Positions 24,938 to 38,600 are shown, numbered from the whole stretch's first letter. The stretch is 63,520 bases of DNA, filler included, from Choristocarpus tenellus KU-1152 (GCA_964200185.2; 12 parts of 12 records of this genome joined end to end with filler, not necessarily neighbours in it); one strand, 5' to 3'. A program made the numbers and translations. Notes: a model not told the origin generated them from the letters alone.

Positions 24938-26409
24938 TGCATGGTGTTGGTGTACTGGTGTTTTTTGTGTTAGTTTTTGCCCCTGACATTTAATAGTAAT
25001 ACATTTCCCTCCCTGCAGATGTTGTCCTTTGGGAGGGATGGGGTAGTTGATGGGTAGATTTTTCTTGTCTGCCCTTCTTATAGGCTTGACTGTAGATGTA
25101 TGATGGATTGTGAACCTGGAATTGTGCATGACAGAGCACAAGGTTGTATGTACTTTTGAGTTGTACCGATCTCTTGTATTGTGTACCGCTCCATTTCTTA
25201 TGCCCCCAATATTATATTTTATGTTATGGTGTTGTTTATTCTGTATTGCACTGGTGTACTAGTACATGGTGTCACCACTGAAGGTATTGTGAGGACATTG
25301 CAGCACTGTGGAGACTTGCTCTTTACACACAGGTAGAGTCATGGTGACAAGCTTCAGACTCCCCACCCATCCGGAAGTATGACATCCTCTTGTTGTATGC
25401 AGCAGCAGGGGTGATCGACACCATACCATCAAAGTTCATGTGGTGTGAAGTAGCCTACATTGAGCACTCGGATTGACACCCTTTAGCTCAGCACAGCAGG
25501 ACTTAAAAACACGCCTTTTCATCTACATGGTGGGTGAAGCTGTTAGGGGAAACAAACGTCATGGACTTGTTCTGTAATGAGAGGTCTCTTTCACAAATCT
25601 AGCTCAGTCTGTATACATTGAAACTATTTTTTAGACAAACACTACCTGACATTGCATTGCCATTGCCGTCTAATACGGTCATGATGTAGCACCAACCACC
25701 AAACGTTTGGTAGACTATGCATGGTAGAGCGGAAGTAGTAGTAACATGTTCTTCACAGCATACTCCAAAAGGAGAATCTTGCTTTGCCTCCGGGACAATA
25801 AATGTAGTCCTAATGTTTAAAAAAGAGGGAACTGCATATGGTGGCCTTTGACACAGGATGACATTCTTCAAGGTTTAGTCAAACAGCTGGTGTAAACTCT
25901 ATCTACTGAGCAGAACATCACCCCCGAGGATGTTGCAGATGATGTTATCTGTAAGTGCCACATAACCTCCCACGTTCCCATACTAGGGATGAGCATTTTG
26001 CCCCCGACTCCCCAGTATTAAGCCGGAATTACAATTGCACTAAAAAATCTTAGAGGAAATCTTAGGGCCTTACATTGGGAACAAATAGATACTTCATGAC
26101 ACATGGAGATCGTTCACACGCTGCTTGGATGGCCAGCAGGTAGAAAGCTGTGTCTCAAAATTGCTTCACAGTATTTATACAAATTGTTGGTGTCACATGT
26201 TACACACAGCCATGCCCTATTAGTGCTGATCCATTGATGGTGAAAATAAATATATGGAAATGTCCGAGGGCTCTTCCTATGGTACTGCAGAGGACTTGGT
26301 GTAGTGCACACTATCTTTGTAGCAACTGGGAAGTTCTATATTGTCATGGAGCACCAACACATAAGGAAATCACCATGGTGCCACAGATTTAGAATGTTGT
26401 GCATATAAG

Positions 26410-26690
26410 TGCCCCAACACATTGGAGTCATTTGGGCAAATAGCATAAAACAGTGCAAAGCTCTTGAGGCCTTGAAACACTACAAAAAGAAATTTTGCAT
26501 GTGCCAATGAAGGATGCCACAAGCTCCTATGGCAGGAAATACTTTCTAAATACAAAGACAAGGATTTAGGAATGAGGAAGAGTCGCTTTGGCGACAGCTT
26601 ATACAGAATGATGGTCGGTCTTTGGATCTATAGCACATCCTGCAAATGCAGGCAAGCAGCATTTCCCCATGCCATGGGACAGTCCTTACG
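26410..26690 (-). pseudogene. Degenerate PIF/Harbinger-like DDE transposase fragment
   Basis: Ordered motifs KDCPMAW, PTIIL(frameshift)AVA, WH(frameshift)FIG and NDSNVL parallel the PIF/Harbinger consensus KNCPxAW..PTIILEAVA..WHAFFG..NDINVL. Contains stops, frameshifts and two ~70-nt interruptions. Confidence 0.5.
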
Positions 26691-29600
26691 TGAACTCTTG
26701 TAATCTACTTTCACTACAAGGATTTTTTTTTTTTTTGTTGGGTGAACAACATCAAAAAACAGTTTCCCATCAATCTTGAATTGAAAACATACCGAGTGCT
26801 AGGACCCAAATAAGAAGGAATGGAAATGGGGGAGACCCTGGCAATCGCTGTGCTTTTCTTGGACACCAATACATACACACACACATAAACACACACAAAT
26901 TTGAATTCTTTGGGCAATGAACAGCCTCCATCTAGGCCACATGAACACCTTCACGATTTGTGTGTAAAATACACCTCCATCACTCCTTTTCTCAAAGCAG
27001 TCCCAATGGATCTATTGGTTGTGTGATTCTGTTGTCCTCCTCCTTCTGTTCCATACGAAGTCAGAGTAGGGGTGTGGCCTGAGGGGAAGTAGCATCCACA
27101 AAAGAGTAGTGGGGGAAGGGGGAAGAGGGATTGAAAGTTCTGAGATGCACAAACTCATTTTTTTTTGTTTTTGTAGGATACAAGGGGTGACTCAGGCGTC
27201 CCCAGGAAGAACATATTGTACCAGCCATGCTAGGGATAGGGTTAGTATGGTCAACAGGATGATATTTAATGATGGAGATAAATAATATTTACGGCATAGC
27301 ATCGGGATCTGCTAACTCTGTCAACACTTTCTTCTTACTGTGATATCATCCTGCTGAGGATTAATTAATATCTGAATGTTGCAATCAGCTGAAATCAAAC
27401 CTTTCGCCCATTGGTCATTGCTCAAGCCTCCCCTATATCCAACATTGAACACACTATATCTTGGATCGAATATTCACTAATCCTAAAAATGGGTTAAGGG
27501 GGAAAGGCACCCCAGGAACCGTTAAGACAAATAATAGAGTTAACATGTCAACCTAAAAAGGGATTTCAAAAGGGTTTGACTACTCTGTTCAGCCCTGCAA
27601 TCTTTCAGTCTATGCTTTGCTCTTTTTCATTCCCATTCAGTATGAACTTTTACGTTAAAAGAAGCAACCAGAAGTTGTGAATGGTGACACCAGTCAAAGG
27701 GTCAGCCACAGAAGAATAACCAGTTGCTACAATGTGTGAGAACAATGAAAAGATCTTTGAAATATATAGTTTTTCAGTGTTGGACACGCTCACTCCTCCC
27801 CCTGTCCGCAATAACCCCTGAGCACCAAATCTCTGTTGGTCTTGCCTGATCCATCCAAGAGGGGGCACAAGCATCCTGCAGAGTCCATGCAACAGGGACG
27901 GGGGACGGGGCATGGGATAGGGCATGCAGGTGGGAGTGGTAGGAATGAGAAGATGACACACGAGGCCATGGGGTCAATAAAAAAGGCTGCTGAACCAGCC
28001 CCTGCCCAAATAGACACAAAGAACAACTTGCAAAAGCATTGATATGTGCTCAGAGGAATAGATTTTAAAGGCCGATGATGATTCAGAGGCAAACCATGAT
28101 ATCTTGAGGTTATTCATCACATTGCTACAAGATCTCCCTCAATATAACTTGAAACTCACACCACAATCACAGAACAGTTGGAAACTGTTACTACTGCTAA
28201 GTTAAGATAATAGCCTGAATCAGTTGTGTCGGAAGCCCTACACACACACATACGACCAAAAAAGAGTCCTAAGGAGTCACTCACATCACTCCCGTCACTG
28301 CTGCCCATGCCACAAGAAATTTCCTGACGAAAACAAGAAATATGAGGATGACACACGGAGGAGGGTTTTGAAGGGTGAGGGAGACAAGCCATGCATTGCC
28401 CCTCATTTTTCATGTCCAGAGGACTTACCAAATAGAAAAAAACTCAAAATCGTGTTCCCCCCCTGTCTTCAAGCTTGGTGATTTGATTGGGGGCACCACT
28501 GAGAATGTGTGAGCTCATGCTCACAAGTACATGGAGAGATGCGTACCCTGCGATGCGCTAATGGTGTAAAACATGATTCCACTCAACGAAAAAGTTTGAG
28601 TGACTAGGAAGGCCAATCTGGTGGATCTCCAGTCTGCAATCACAGTACCCAGCCCTGGCTGGGCAACAGATACCCTGATACACAGCACGTGTCTAGCTTA
28701 CTTGAGTCGTATATTTCCTATCCTCAATAATAAAGTCAGGCAGTGAATGTTATTATATTTTTTAACACTTTACTTGGGGTGTAACACACTGCATTGGAGA
28801 AAACTTGGATAGGAACTTGAGTTCGATCCAGAGGAGAATCAACACAAGGAATGCCAGTGTAAATTCGCTAAAACACATTATACCTCAGGGCAAGTAAAAG
28901 CAATGTCAGCAATCTGGCACAGTTGATCCGCAACAAAGGCTACTTGTGAAGAAAATAGTGACAATGTTGGTGATATTGCTGCCATTTAATGTGTTGCACA
29001 CTTCAGCATAGGAACAGATATTCCCTGACAAGTGGCGAAGTCAACCGTAAGTCCGACTGACAATCAAAATGCAGGGAGAGCATTTGACCTTATAGATCAA
29101 CTTCCTTGCCTACGAGTATCAAAGAGAACTCACCAGACCAAGTCGAACCGCACAATTATGATGATCGGCAAGATGATCGTAAACTGTGATGACGGCAAAG
29201 AAGGTAAGATGGGGACCAGGGGGGGAGGCAAACCTCTGTAAGAATGCAGGACGAGACGAGAGATAGCGCACACCAAGCTTTCAAATACTGATTTGATGTA
29301 CTTCCTTAACCCTCACTGCATTTGCCCCAGAAATCATTGGCGGTTTGGCTACCACAAAGTACTTTCATTTCATACGCAACCAATTGTCCAAGGTCATCAA
29401 TGAGCGGGCATACCAGTGGTTGAGGGTGATTGCATACGTGAGAGTGGGTAGGTTTCTCTTAGCCTTACAATGGACCAGAGATTGATGATCTTGCTCTTAA
29501 GAGTCTGCGGCCGATCATGAGTTCCCATGATCTCCTAACCACCTTTGTCCTGTTAGGGTGTTCTACCCGGGGTTGAGCGCAAAGACGGTTCAGCACAAAG

Positions 29601-30241
29601 GCATGGCGAGCACTCCAAAGGTGAAGCAGGCTTGGCACTTAAAGCGAATACGAATTCATGGATACTACCATGCAACGCTGGCTACAAAAATGGACATGAG
29701 GGGTGAGCTTTAACCTGTGCTACTATACAACATCAAAATTTCAACTTATGCATTGTGGAATAATCAAGCCACAGTAGTGAAATATATATTTCTACGCCTT
29801 TTTGATGACGAGGTTGAGAAGATATGTACTTGTTCTACCTGGAACTTACTTTTCTCAGGTGCTTAAACCTTTAAACAAGACTTGTCCTTCTTGTTTCATG
29901 TTTAAGGGTGTTTGTACAACTATATCGAAGGCGTTATGTATCAAAACGACGTATACTCACATTTGGCAAGGTCAATCTTCGTCTTTCCACTGCGAAATTG
30001 ATGCTACAATACAGAGAACCACACCCCTAGGAACCACAGGACTGTTATGTCTTTCTCGTGGATATCATACGTGGTCTTATCCATACCACCCCTGCTACTT
30101 TTGCTGAGGTCCTACAAGGACAGCCGAAGGCACGTGAGCCTTCCAAACCCTTTAGGACAATGTCAACGCAAAGTGACAAGGAATAGTCCGAATCCTTCTC
30201 TTGTCTTGACATTACGATATCGAAGATGGTCATGGAAACAA

Positions 30242-32971
30242 ATGTTTCGCAACCCTGGATTCGGCTACATTGCCATTTGTGCTTCCTTATTGTCCTTATG
30301 CACTCCTCCCGTCGCCCATGCGTTGGTGATAATGGCGCGACCGCGACCAGCGAGCAGTCAATTGGCTAATAGGTGCGTAGGTTTCTGGGATCGTGTGGCG
30401 ACCACATAGCTATGAAGGTCAATCCTACGCATCGGAAGTTTACTCGTCCGTATTTGCTGGTTCCTGGCTAAGACCTCGACGTGGTTTATAGTACCAATCA
30501 ACGAGGTTCCACCATGAACTTCTCCAACTCCTGCTTCACCATAGTGAATCATGTCCTGTGAACTTTCTCCTATTCTTCGCTTACCTACAGAAAATCCACG
30601 GATGCCTACCTCAAGGGCAGAGTTGTTTGGATAACGGGGGCTTCCTCGGGTCTGGGAGAGCAGCTCGCAATTAGGGCAGCAGAGGGCGGGGCAGAGGGGC
30701 TCATCATCAGCGGTCGTCGTGAGGAAGCACTTGAAAGAGTTCGGAAGGAATGCATTGCCGCAAGCCCATCGCAGTCAGAGGGCTTCGTCAGGATGCTTCC
30801 ATTCGATGTGGGAGACCTGGAGGGTGTTGGAGAAGAGGCGAAGAAGGCACTGAGAGAATTTGGACGAGTTGACGTACTCGTACTCAATGCCGGGGTGAGA
30901 ATATTCTCCATACCACGGGTGTTGAATGGTAGATGCTGACTTCCACTAATGATCTCTTTACCGCATCAATTTTGTCCTTAAGTTTTAACCAGGAACACGA
31001 ATTTTGATAAGTTTTGATCTTCGACACATTGGTGTTCCATCTATGTTTTAAGTCTCGTCCTTGGAATCTGATGGAATACTGATCTTATGTGTTTGCATTT
31101 TACTTTGCAGTCTCAAAGTTACTTTATATTGCTCTAAAGATATATACTAATAGCAGTCTTTGGTAGGGTTACATACACATCGAATCGTACTGCATGGACA
31201 CACACACGATCTCATGTGACAATTAAAAAGTGCTTATTTTCTAGACCTATTATTATAGCTCCCTCCATCAAAGCTTGGCAGTGACTTCAACACTACTACT
31301 CCAGGGTTATCGGACATTTTTCGCGGTACAAAATTCGCCCTAGACTTAATGGCATGGTCGTGTACTGAATTCGAATTTGTATGCTTCATCTCGAAAAAAC
31401 CTCAAATCAATTTGGTTCAGAAAGGATCAGGTTTGCAAAGATCTATCACAAGCGGGTGAGATCATTTAGGGAAGGTATGAGATAAACGAGGTATCTGCTG
31501 TTTTGTTTGGGTTGGACCAACTGAGTCAGCCTTCAACTAAACCTTTGCTTCCTTCGCTGCATACCTTCATACTTGGATACAGGTGTCAACACGGGCAAGT
31601 GTGGAGGAGACTTCTCTTGATGTGGATAAGCGGGTCATGGCAGTAAATTATCTGGGTTGTGTGGGGCTGGCCAAGGGTGTGCTGGGTGACATGGTTGGGC
31701 AAGGAAAGGGCCATTTTGTGGTCATCAATAGTGTCCAGGGCCGGTTTGGTGTGCCTTTCCGTGCTAGCTATGCTGCCTCGAAGCATGCCTTGGTGGGTTT
31801 CTTTGATTGTCTTCGAGCTGAAGTGGCACATCGAGGGGTGCTGGTGACAACTGTGTTTCCAGGGTACATCCAGACAAGGTCAGACTGAGTGGGGTATGTT
31901 TGTGTGTAAGATTGGAAATGGAGAAGCATGGAGTTGTATGCATGTCTGGTTCTATGCTTGCTTTTGTGTATTTGAAGCTGTTTACCGATATCCCATGCCT
32001 GGTTGTTCCTTGATATCTATTGGGATTCCTTAAAATGGCAGTTGAAATACAAGTGTTTGAACGAATCTCTCGGAGACGGTGACAAAAAGCAGAATATAAT
32101 GCAACAAAATACTACAAAGAGAACCAAAATTTCAGAGAGGCGTATGCTTTTCCAGAGTCGTTGCTGTTACTGTGTACCACAAATGGGAGAGGAGTACAGT
32201 GCGCATATATCTACAAATTATTATCAGTCCATTTTGTCCGTTATTGCTTTAATATCTTTGTGTTTTTTTAATGTGGCTGTTTTCATTGCATTCGGTAAAA
32301 GAATGGAATGTGGCCTTTTCCAGGTTGGCAGATGACTGTATTTGTTTGTTGTGAAGAATGGCTGTAATACGAAGTGTACGGCATATGTAAATTGCGTTTC
32401 ATCATGCACCTTGTGATGCTTGCTTGCTGTTGTATTAGGTAGTATTTATGTAGAAGGCAAATCACAAGGAGGATGGGTTGCACTCCTTTCTGTATTGCAT
32501 TCAACATTATCATTTCCGCATTTCCAGAGATCAACACCATAATTTATATTGCATTTGTACACCAAAGAAGGGGGAAGTTGCCAATGTTCTTGCTATCTAT
32601 ATGGTGACCATGTGACCCACTGTACTACTACATGCCTGTCTTTCGTTTCCAAAAACTGGAGGCACATGTTTAGCCCAACAATGTCCTTGCTGTTCTTCAA
32701 CTCCCTCCCCCTTCCCATGCATGCATCTGCCAGCTTGTCCATGAATGCACTTACAGGAGATGGGAGTGAACATGCACGCATGGACCCTACCACGGCAGCT
32801 GGCCGTGACCCGAGGGAGGTTGCAGGGGTTGTCTGGGATGCCACTGCTAATGAACTGAATGAGCTGGTCATTGCAGATGTCAAGGTCCGTATTGCCCTTC
32901 TCCTTCGGGCCCTAGCTGCACCAAGACTCTTCAAAATAATGGCAAAACGGGCGCTTAAAAGGAACGACTGA
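30242..32971 (+). CDS. DHRS7B: Classical short-chain dehydrogenase/reductase, DHRS7B-like, 322 aa, with N-terminal signal peptide
   Basis: Exons 30242-30372, 30591-30894, 31583-31878, 32734-32971 (phases 2,0,2 consistent). Motifs VVWITGASSGLG, LVLNAG, catalytic S(NSVQG) and YAASK, FFDCLRAE, PGYIQTSLSMNALTGDG..MDPTTAAGRDPREVA. Confidence 0.9.
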
Positions 32972-33871
32972 GTAGTTGTGTGGAGGGGCTAGATATATAC
33001 ACCCTCTGCACCTACTGCCCTTGATAGTGCTCCATCAGCGATAGTTCATCATGGTTTGTGGGAAATATGGCGCTTAGACTTGGTGTAAGTTTTACATAAC
33101 TAGTACAATATACTTCCGAGATTTCACTTGTGGTGAGGACTGCTGTGGTAGCACCTGGTGCTTATCTTGTGTGACTATAGGTGAACCCTTTGAAAATAAT
33201 TGTGCTTTGCAAATCACGACTTGGGGATGTTAATGTTGCCTCTGGGGTTTCGTTTTTTGGACCACTCGAGGGTTGAGTCACAATGGTAGTCAGGGAATTT
33301 TGGACCAGGAAACACTGTCATAGAAGATATTTACCTATAGTCACTGTGTGTATGATTAAACCTTGTATGTTTTCAAAAAATCTTAGCTCTAGCAGACCTA
33401 CATGAATTGGTTTATGTGCAATGTTAGTTTACTTAGCTCTCAAGCTTGTAGCTGTTTCTAAGTCACCACCAGGCAATGCCTGACTAGTAAGGGGATGCTT
33501 ATTGCAGGGCGCAAGAACAACACCCGATTGTGTGACAGGTGAAACCCTCCACACCAGTGAGGCAATGGCATGTTTGTACATTTTGTGGCAACGGTTCAAT
33601 ACTGCCCTTGAATATAAAGAATGAATACAAAATGCCTCAAAACCAACAACTATGAAGCAAGTGCTTCAATCTTGTTTAGTGATTCTGACATGGAGTCCTT
33701 CACCAAAGGCCATACGTCGAAAATGTCATACTCATTTATTCCAACATCACACATTCAATATTCTAATACGAGGCATCGCCTCATGAGTGATACCCTGGCA
33801 CAATCAGAAAGCTTGTCAATTCCTTGGCATCACCACACACACAAAATTGATCTAATGCCTGACAATGCCTG

Positions 33872-35437
33872 TCACCTGTTTGCCCTCTCTCTTCCTTCCT
33901 CCTGGCTCCCTCCATTTGCTCTCCTCCCCACCTCATCACTTTCTGTGTCCCACCATGGTTTGCGTGCATAGTACTCAACCCTCTTGCCCTGCCACTCAAA
34001 GCGCATGTACATTGCTTGCAAACCAATACGTTCAGGCATAGGACCGAATAAGTCTGTCCTGTTATCCTCAGGTACACCCCGATGAACTCGTCCCACCACC
34101 GGATTATACTTTGAATCTCCAATCAGTTCTTTGCCTAGTGCTGACATCTGCAGGCGGATTTGGTGAGTGTGCCCTGTCTCCAGTTTTACTACACAAACTT
34201 GAGGTGTAGCTTCAGCTGGTGAGGGCAAGGTTTGGGTGCTGATCTGCTGAGGCTTGACCATGGGAGGTGCAGCAATAGTGTCCTTCCCCCTCGCAGCTGT
34301 GGTCTTTGCATAAGCAGCGGCTACTGCAAGTGCACGTCCTGTGGCAGGCTCACATGACAAAACATGAAGGCGAGCTTTTTGCCACGGACCTCCCTTTTGC
34401 AGCAGCTCAGGGTCAAATGGGGCATACAGGCGTGGGCCACCGGGGCCATCAACCTTCTTCTTTCGGCAGCAGTGGACAATAGGACCCACTGGTACGGGAT
34501 CTCCAGCGCCAAGTAATATTTGGTACACCTTGGTAACTCGATTCTCCCGCCAGAGGTTTCCCAGCAGAGCAGCTGCTTCCGATGTTCGAGCAAAGATGAG
34601 TAGACCGGAAGTGCACATATCCAGTCGGTTCACGGCCTTGAGGGGCTCCTTAAGACCAAGTGCTATGCTGACCTGATGCAAGACATTTTCCCGGGCGTTG
34701 TCCAAGGTGGGCACACTGACTGTTCCCCACGGCTTGTCCACCACGACAAAATATTTATTAATATCCACGACTCGGTCCTTCCAGTTGATCTCGCCGGCAG
34801 CGGTGAAACGGCGAGGGTTACAGTGAACGCGCACGTAAGAATTGGAGGGGACATTTGGCAGATTGGTTTCTAGTCGACACAAACCAACGTGTCTAAATAT
34901 TGTGGTTGTTGCTGTCTGTTCTTTTGAACTAGAGCTTGTAGATTCGCTCGCCAGTGCTGCCCCAATGCCCTTCCTGTCCTGCGGACTCTTCTCTTGAACA
35001 TTCGATCCATCGGCAAGATCCTTGTCTAGCCCCGTTGCTAGGCGGGCAACATAAACAGCCCCCAACTCGACAAGAAAGCGTGCATCCTCCACAGTTATGT
35101 CCACCGCAGCCGCAACGAACTCGCACAATGTAGTGGAAATGAACTTGTGGGTGGCTATGTGCACGACCCTTTGTCCCCCTATGCCGTGAAACGTGTGGGA
35201 GGAGTATCTCTTCGTACCATGTGCCAACATGAGAAAGGGTAAACTTGTTCGACACCTGTAGTGACCTTCATGACACCCACCCACCAACCCTAGATGTCCC
35301 CTAAGTCCAACACCAACGGCCTCTCCCAAAGGAAGGCTTGCACCCTTTATGAGTGGATCCACGACCAGAGAAGAGCATGGAAAGGATACAAGCCCCACAG
35401 TTGCTAGAGCCACGAGAAACTTCCGATCACCAGACAT
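33872..35437 (-). CDS. RluA-family RNA pseudouridine synthase (plant plastid PUS6-like), 521 aa, single exon
   Basis: Uninterrupted ORF with VVVDKPWG (motif I), NRLDMCTSGL (motif II, catalytic Asp), KVYQIL, LETGHTHQIRLQM, IGDSKY and YVRVHCNPRRF..INWKDRVV. Hydrophobic N-terminus KFLVALATVGLVSFPCSS. Confidence 0.9.
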   Translation of the reverse strand: MSGDRKFLVALATVGLVSFPCSSLVVDPLIKGASLPLGEAVGVGLRGHLGLVGGCHEGHYRCRTSLPFLMLAHGTKRYSSHTFHGIGGQRVVHIATHKFISTTLCEFVAAAVDITVEDARFLVELGAVYVARLATGLDKDLADGSNVQEKSPQDRKGIGAALASESTSSSSKEQTATTTIFRHVGLCRLETNLPNVPSNSYVRVHCNPRRFTAAGEINWKDRVVDINKYFVVVDKPWGTVSVPTLDNARENVLHQVSIALGLKEPLKAVNRLDMCTSGLLIFARTSEAAALLGNLWRENRVTKVYQILLGAGDPVPVGPIVHCCRKKKVDGPGGPRLYAPFDPELLQKGGPWQKARLHVLSCEPATGRALAVAAAYAKTTAARGKDTIAAPPMVKPQQISTQTLPSPAEATPQVCVVKLETGHTHQIRLQMSALGKELIGDSKYNPVVGRVHRGVPEDNRTDLFGPMPERIGLQAMYMRFEWQGKRVEYYARKPWWDTESDEVGRRANGGSQEEGRERANR

Positions 35438-35606
35438 GGTATAACAATGTGTTTGAAGGCCATGTTTGTGTTCATGTCAAGTTCATGAAACAAAGTTCGT
35501 CTTCTTGTAAAGGCGTTACGATAGGTTGAATCTCATTGTTGATTATATTTGGCTGTATCAACAGATCCAGAGGGAGTTCCAGGTATATCAGACCATAGAG
35601 GGAACA
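35438..35606. promoter_or_regulatory. Putative bidirectional promoter region
   Basis: Only 169 nt separate the divergent start codons at 35437 (-) and 35607 (+). Inferred from geometry only. Confidence 0.5.
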
Positions 35607-38600
35607 ATGTCAGGACGGAAGCCCGATGCGAGAGAGCTGTTCAAGAAGGCAAAGAACAAGCACACTGGTGGTGCTGAGGTAACAAGAAAGTACCAGGGGA
35701 AAAACAAGGCGGAGGTAAGACACAACACTACCAACTATGAGGATTCTGCTGTAGCTTCGTGAATTATTATGTTGATTATCGCATCCAATGAAACGCCTTT
35801 CATTTACAGTCCTACTATCACCCCTGGTGTGCCTCGTCAAGCTTCTGGCCCTGCTCAAGGCTAAGCAAGCCCAGGCCAAGGCTCACAAGGTATCAGTAGG
35901 TCCCTCTCTATCTTCATCTGGGGCAAACAATGTCACCCCAGTTGGTGAACGAGTGCCCCCCCTTAATGTCCAAGTCAAAAAGTCCCCTACAAGCACCAAG
36001 GCAGGGGGCGCAACAGTCACTGGTTCACTGCAAGGTGCGATGCTGGAAAAGCTAGTGATGATCGCAGTGAAGTCTTCGTTGTAGTGATAGTGGGAGTGCT
36101 TCACATACTAGACGCTTCATCATTTTGACAATCTAGTTCTATAAAGCTATTGCTTTCGAGCTACTTCCCCCAAGCGATCGTTACCGCCATGGATTGACCG
36201 TTTTGATCCCTCTCCTCTCCTAGGTCTCTTGGGAGGTGATAATGAAAGTGAAAGTGATGGTGAGGACGATGTCAGTAAGCAAGCAGTAGGCATGGTAGCT
36301 AGAGGTGGGGAAGAGGAGAGTACAGAAATAACCTATGGTGCAGTTTCTGACCACCCAGCTAGCGATGCTGGTCAACCCAGCGGTCTTCCAGACGGATTCT
36401 TCGATGACGACATTGATGCGGGGGAAGAGGAAGTGGGTAAGGGAGAATTGACTGGACGGGAAGCACTTTCTGGAGGATATGGACAAGCTATCTCAACACA
36501 ATCAGTGCAGGCAGAAGGACCAGTCAGTTCTGTTGTTACAGGAAACGTAGACAAGGAGGATACTGGTGAGAGGATGAATGTCATGTCCTTTCTCGACACT
36601 GGTACTCAGGTCAAATAAGTCTACAGCACCTATTTCAAAGGCTACTCATCAGTTGAAGTTAGTCTTGACAGCAATCCAAGTATCTCTGACAGGATAATCC
36701 TGCACAGCCTTACTTCACCTAGCTCTTACTCTTTCTGCCCACTGCACCCTCATTAAATTGCTCTTAGTCCCTGTGCTTATTGCATTGCGTACAGGTTATC
36801 CATGGAGGTTTCAGAGTTAGAGGAATACACACTATTGCTATAAGCGTGACCTAGTGTATCTTAGTGGAACAATGAAATTCGATGCAGCACTGTGGGATCA
36901 GACATCTGATCCTGCTGGGGTCTTCTTTTCCATTTTAAGAGCCTTGATTTGAGTCCAAATGCCACTTTCTCGCAATCAATCATGCCTACATCATTGGACA
37001 GAAGATCCTCCAGAATAGAGTTATTGACACTGATGGCTTGACCTTGTCAACATGATCCTATCACGATATCCAACACTTGTTGAGCAGTATCTTTTGGGAG
37101 ACATGTGCTGAGTGTCCTGTGCCTCCTGCTACTTTTTTGGTGCTTTTTCACTAGACCACTACTCTGATCCCTCTCCCGCACTACCCTTGCCCTGGCCCTA
37201 TGCCCCTGCCTGATCATTCAGCAAGATTCACTTATTCTTCTTTTTCACATCTACCCCTATGCAAGCGCTGGTGTTCTCTCATGCTGACTGCTTGGATCGC
37301 CCTAACCTTGCTGCTTCCATCACTGCATACTGTGTGTGTTTGTGCTGGGGGGATGCCGGGCCTGCTCCTTATCAGCGCTAGACGAGAGCAACCCTACCAA
37401 TGGTTCTGCCCTTCCAGAAGGATTTTTCGATGACCCAGAGGTGTGTGAGGTATATTTCTTCAATGGCAACAGAGAGGGGTGCTGCGTGTGTATCCCTCTG
37501 GATTCAGTACTGCAGGACAAGTATTATAGGAGCGCGCTGTTCGCGATGGCTTGCAGCAATTTAAATTTATTGGAGTAAAGTTTGTTTTGGGAAAAGATTT
37601 ATTATTATGAAATGGGTAAGAAGATTGCCCACCTTGATAAGTGCTTTCACACTGGACATAAATGTTTTCAAAGGGATATGAGGAAGTAGGATTTGAAGAT
37701 TGGTGCATGAGCAATTTTGTTAAATAAATAACGTGAGGATGGCCCCCCTCCATGTCAGGTTTTGAAAGCTACATTGAGCACGTGCCCAATTGAACATTGC
37801 CACGTCCCTCCATGTTTCTATCCTGTTAGCAGCTTGGAGTTGTAATACAAACCAAGATTGCATTGCTTGGAGTAGGAACATACCCATACCCATTCTGCCA
37901 GGATTTCCAACACATTGCCAAATTGAATAAGCATAGAAGAACATTATACTGCATGGCCAAATCCTTCTTAGCTCTATTTATCGCACACAATCTAGATTTC
38001 CTACTGAAGAATGTGCATTTTCCAGTTCTTGGTTCAATCTTCGTGGCAGAGTAAGGTGATGGGATCTCCTGTAAGTTATCTCTTTTTTTTGCAAGAAGTC
38101 TCAAGTGTCGACCACTTGAGAGATATTTATAGGATATTTATAGGATATTTATAGGATATTTATAGGATCAATGCTCTGGTTTTGGTGCGTACCCTCCCCC
38201 ACTCCCTTACTCTTCCGTGCTTGGATGGGTGGGTTTTTTTCATTGGATCACTCCAGTCGAGTGGTATCGATACTAATATGTGTCTTTCGCATGGTATCGA
38301 TATTTCGCATTGACCTACAAAGAGTCTTTCCTTTTAGTCTTTCCTTTAGTCTTTCCTTTAGTCTTTCCTTTAGTCTTTCCTTTTAGTCTTTCCTTTTAGT
38401 CTTTCCTTTTCGTCTTTCCCTCACCATGTGTATGTTCTCACCACCTTTCCCAACCCCCATCCATCCCCACATTGCCTTCATAACATCGTTCATTCCCACA
38501 TCTTCGAATGCCAGGTGGATGCCAAGTCTAGGGGCGTAGACCTCAAGACAAAAAAGAAAGAAGAAGAACTGTGAGTGTCAGTATTCCTCTGACTGAACTC

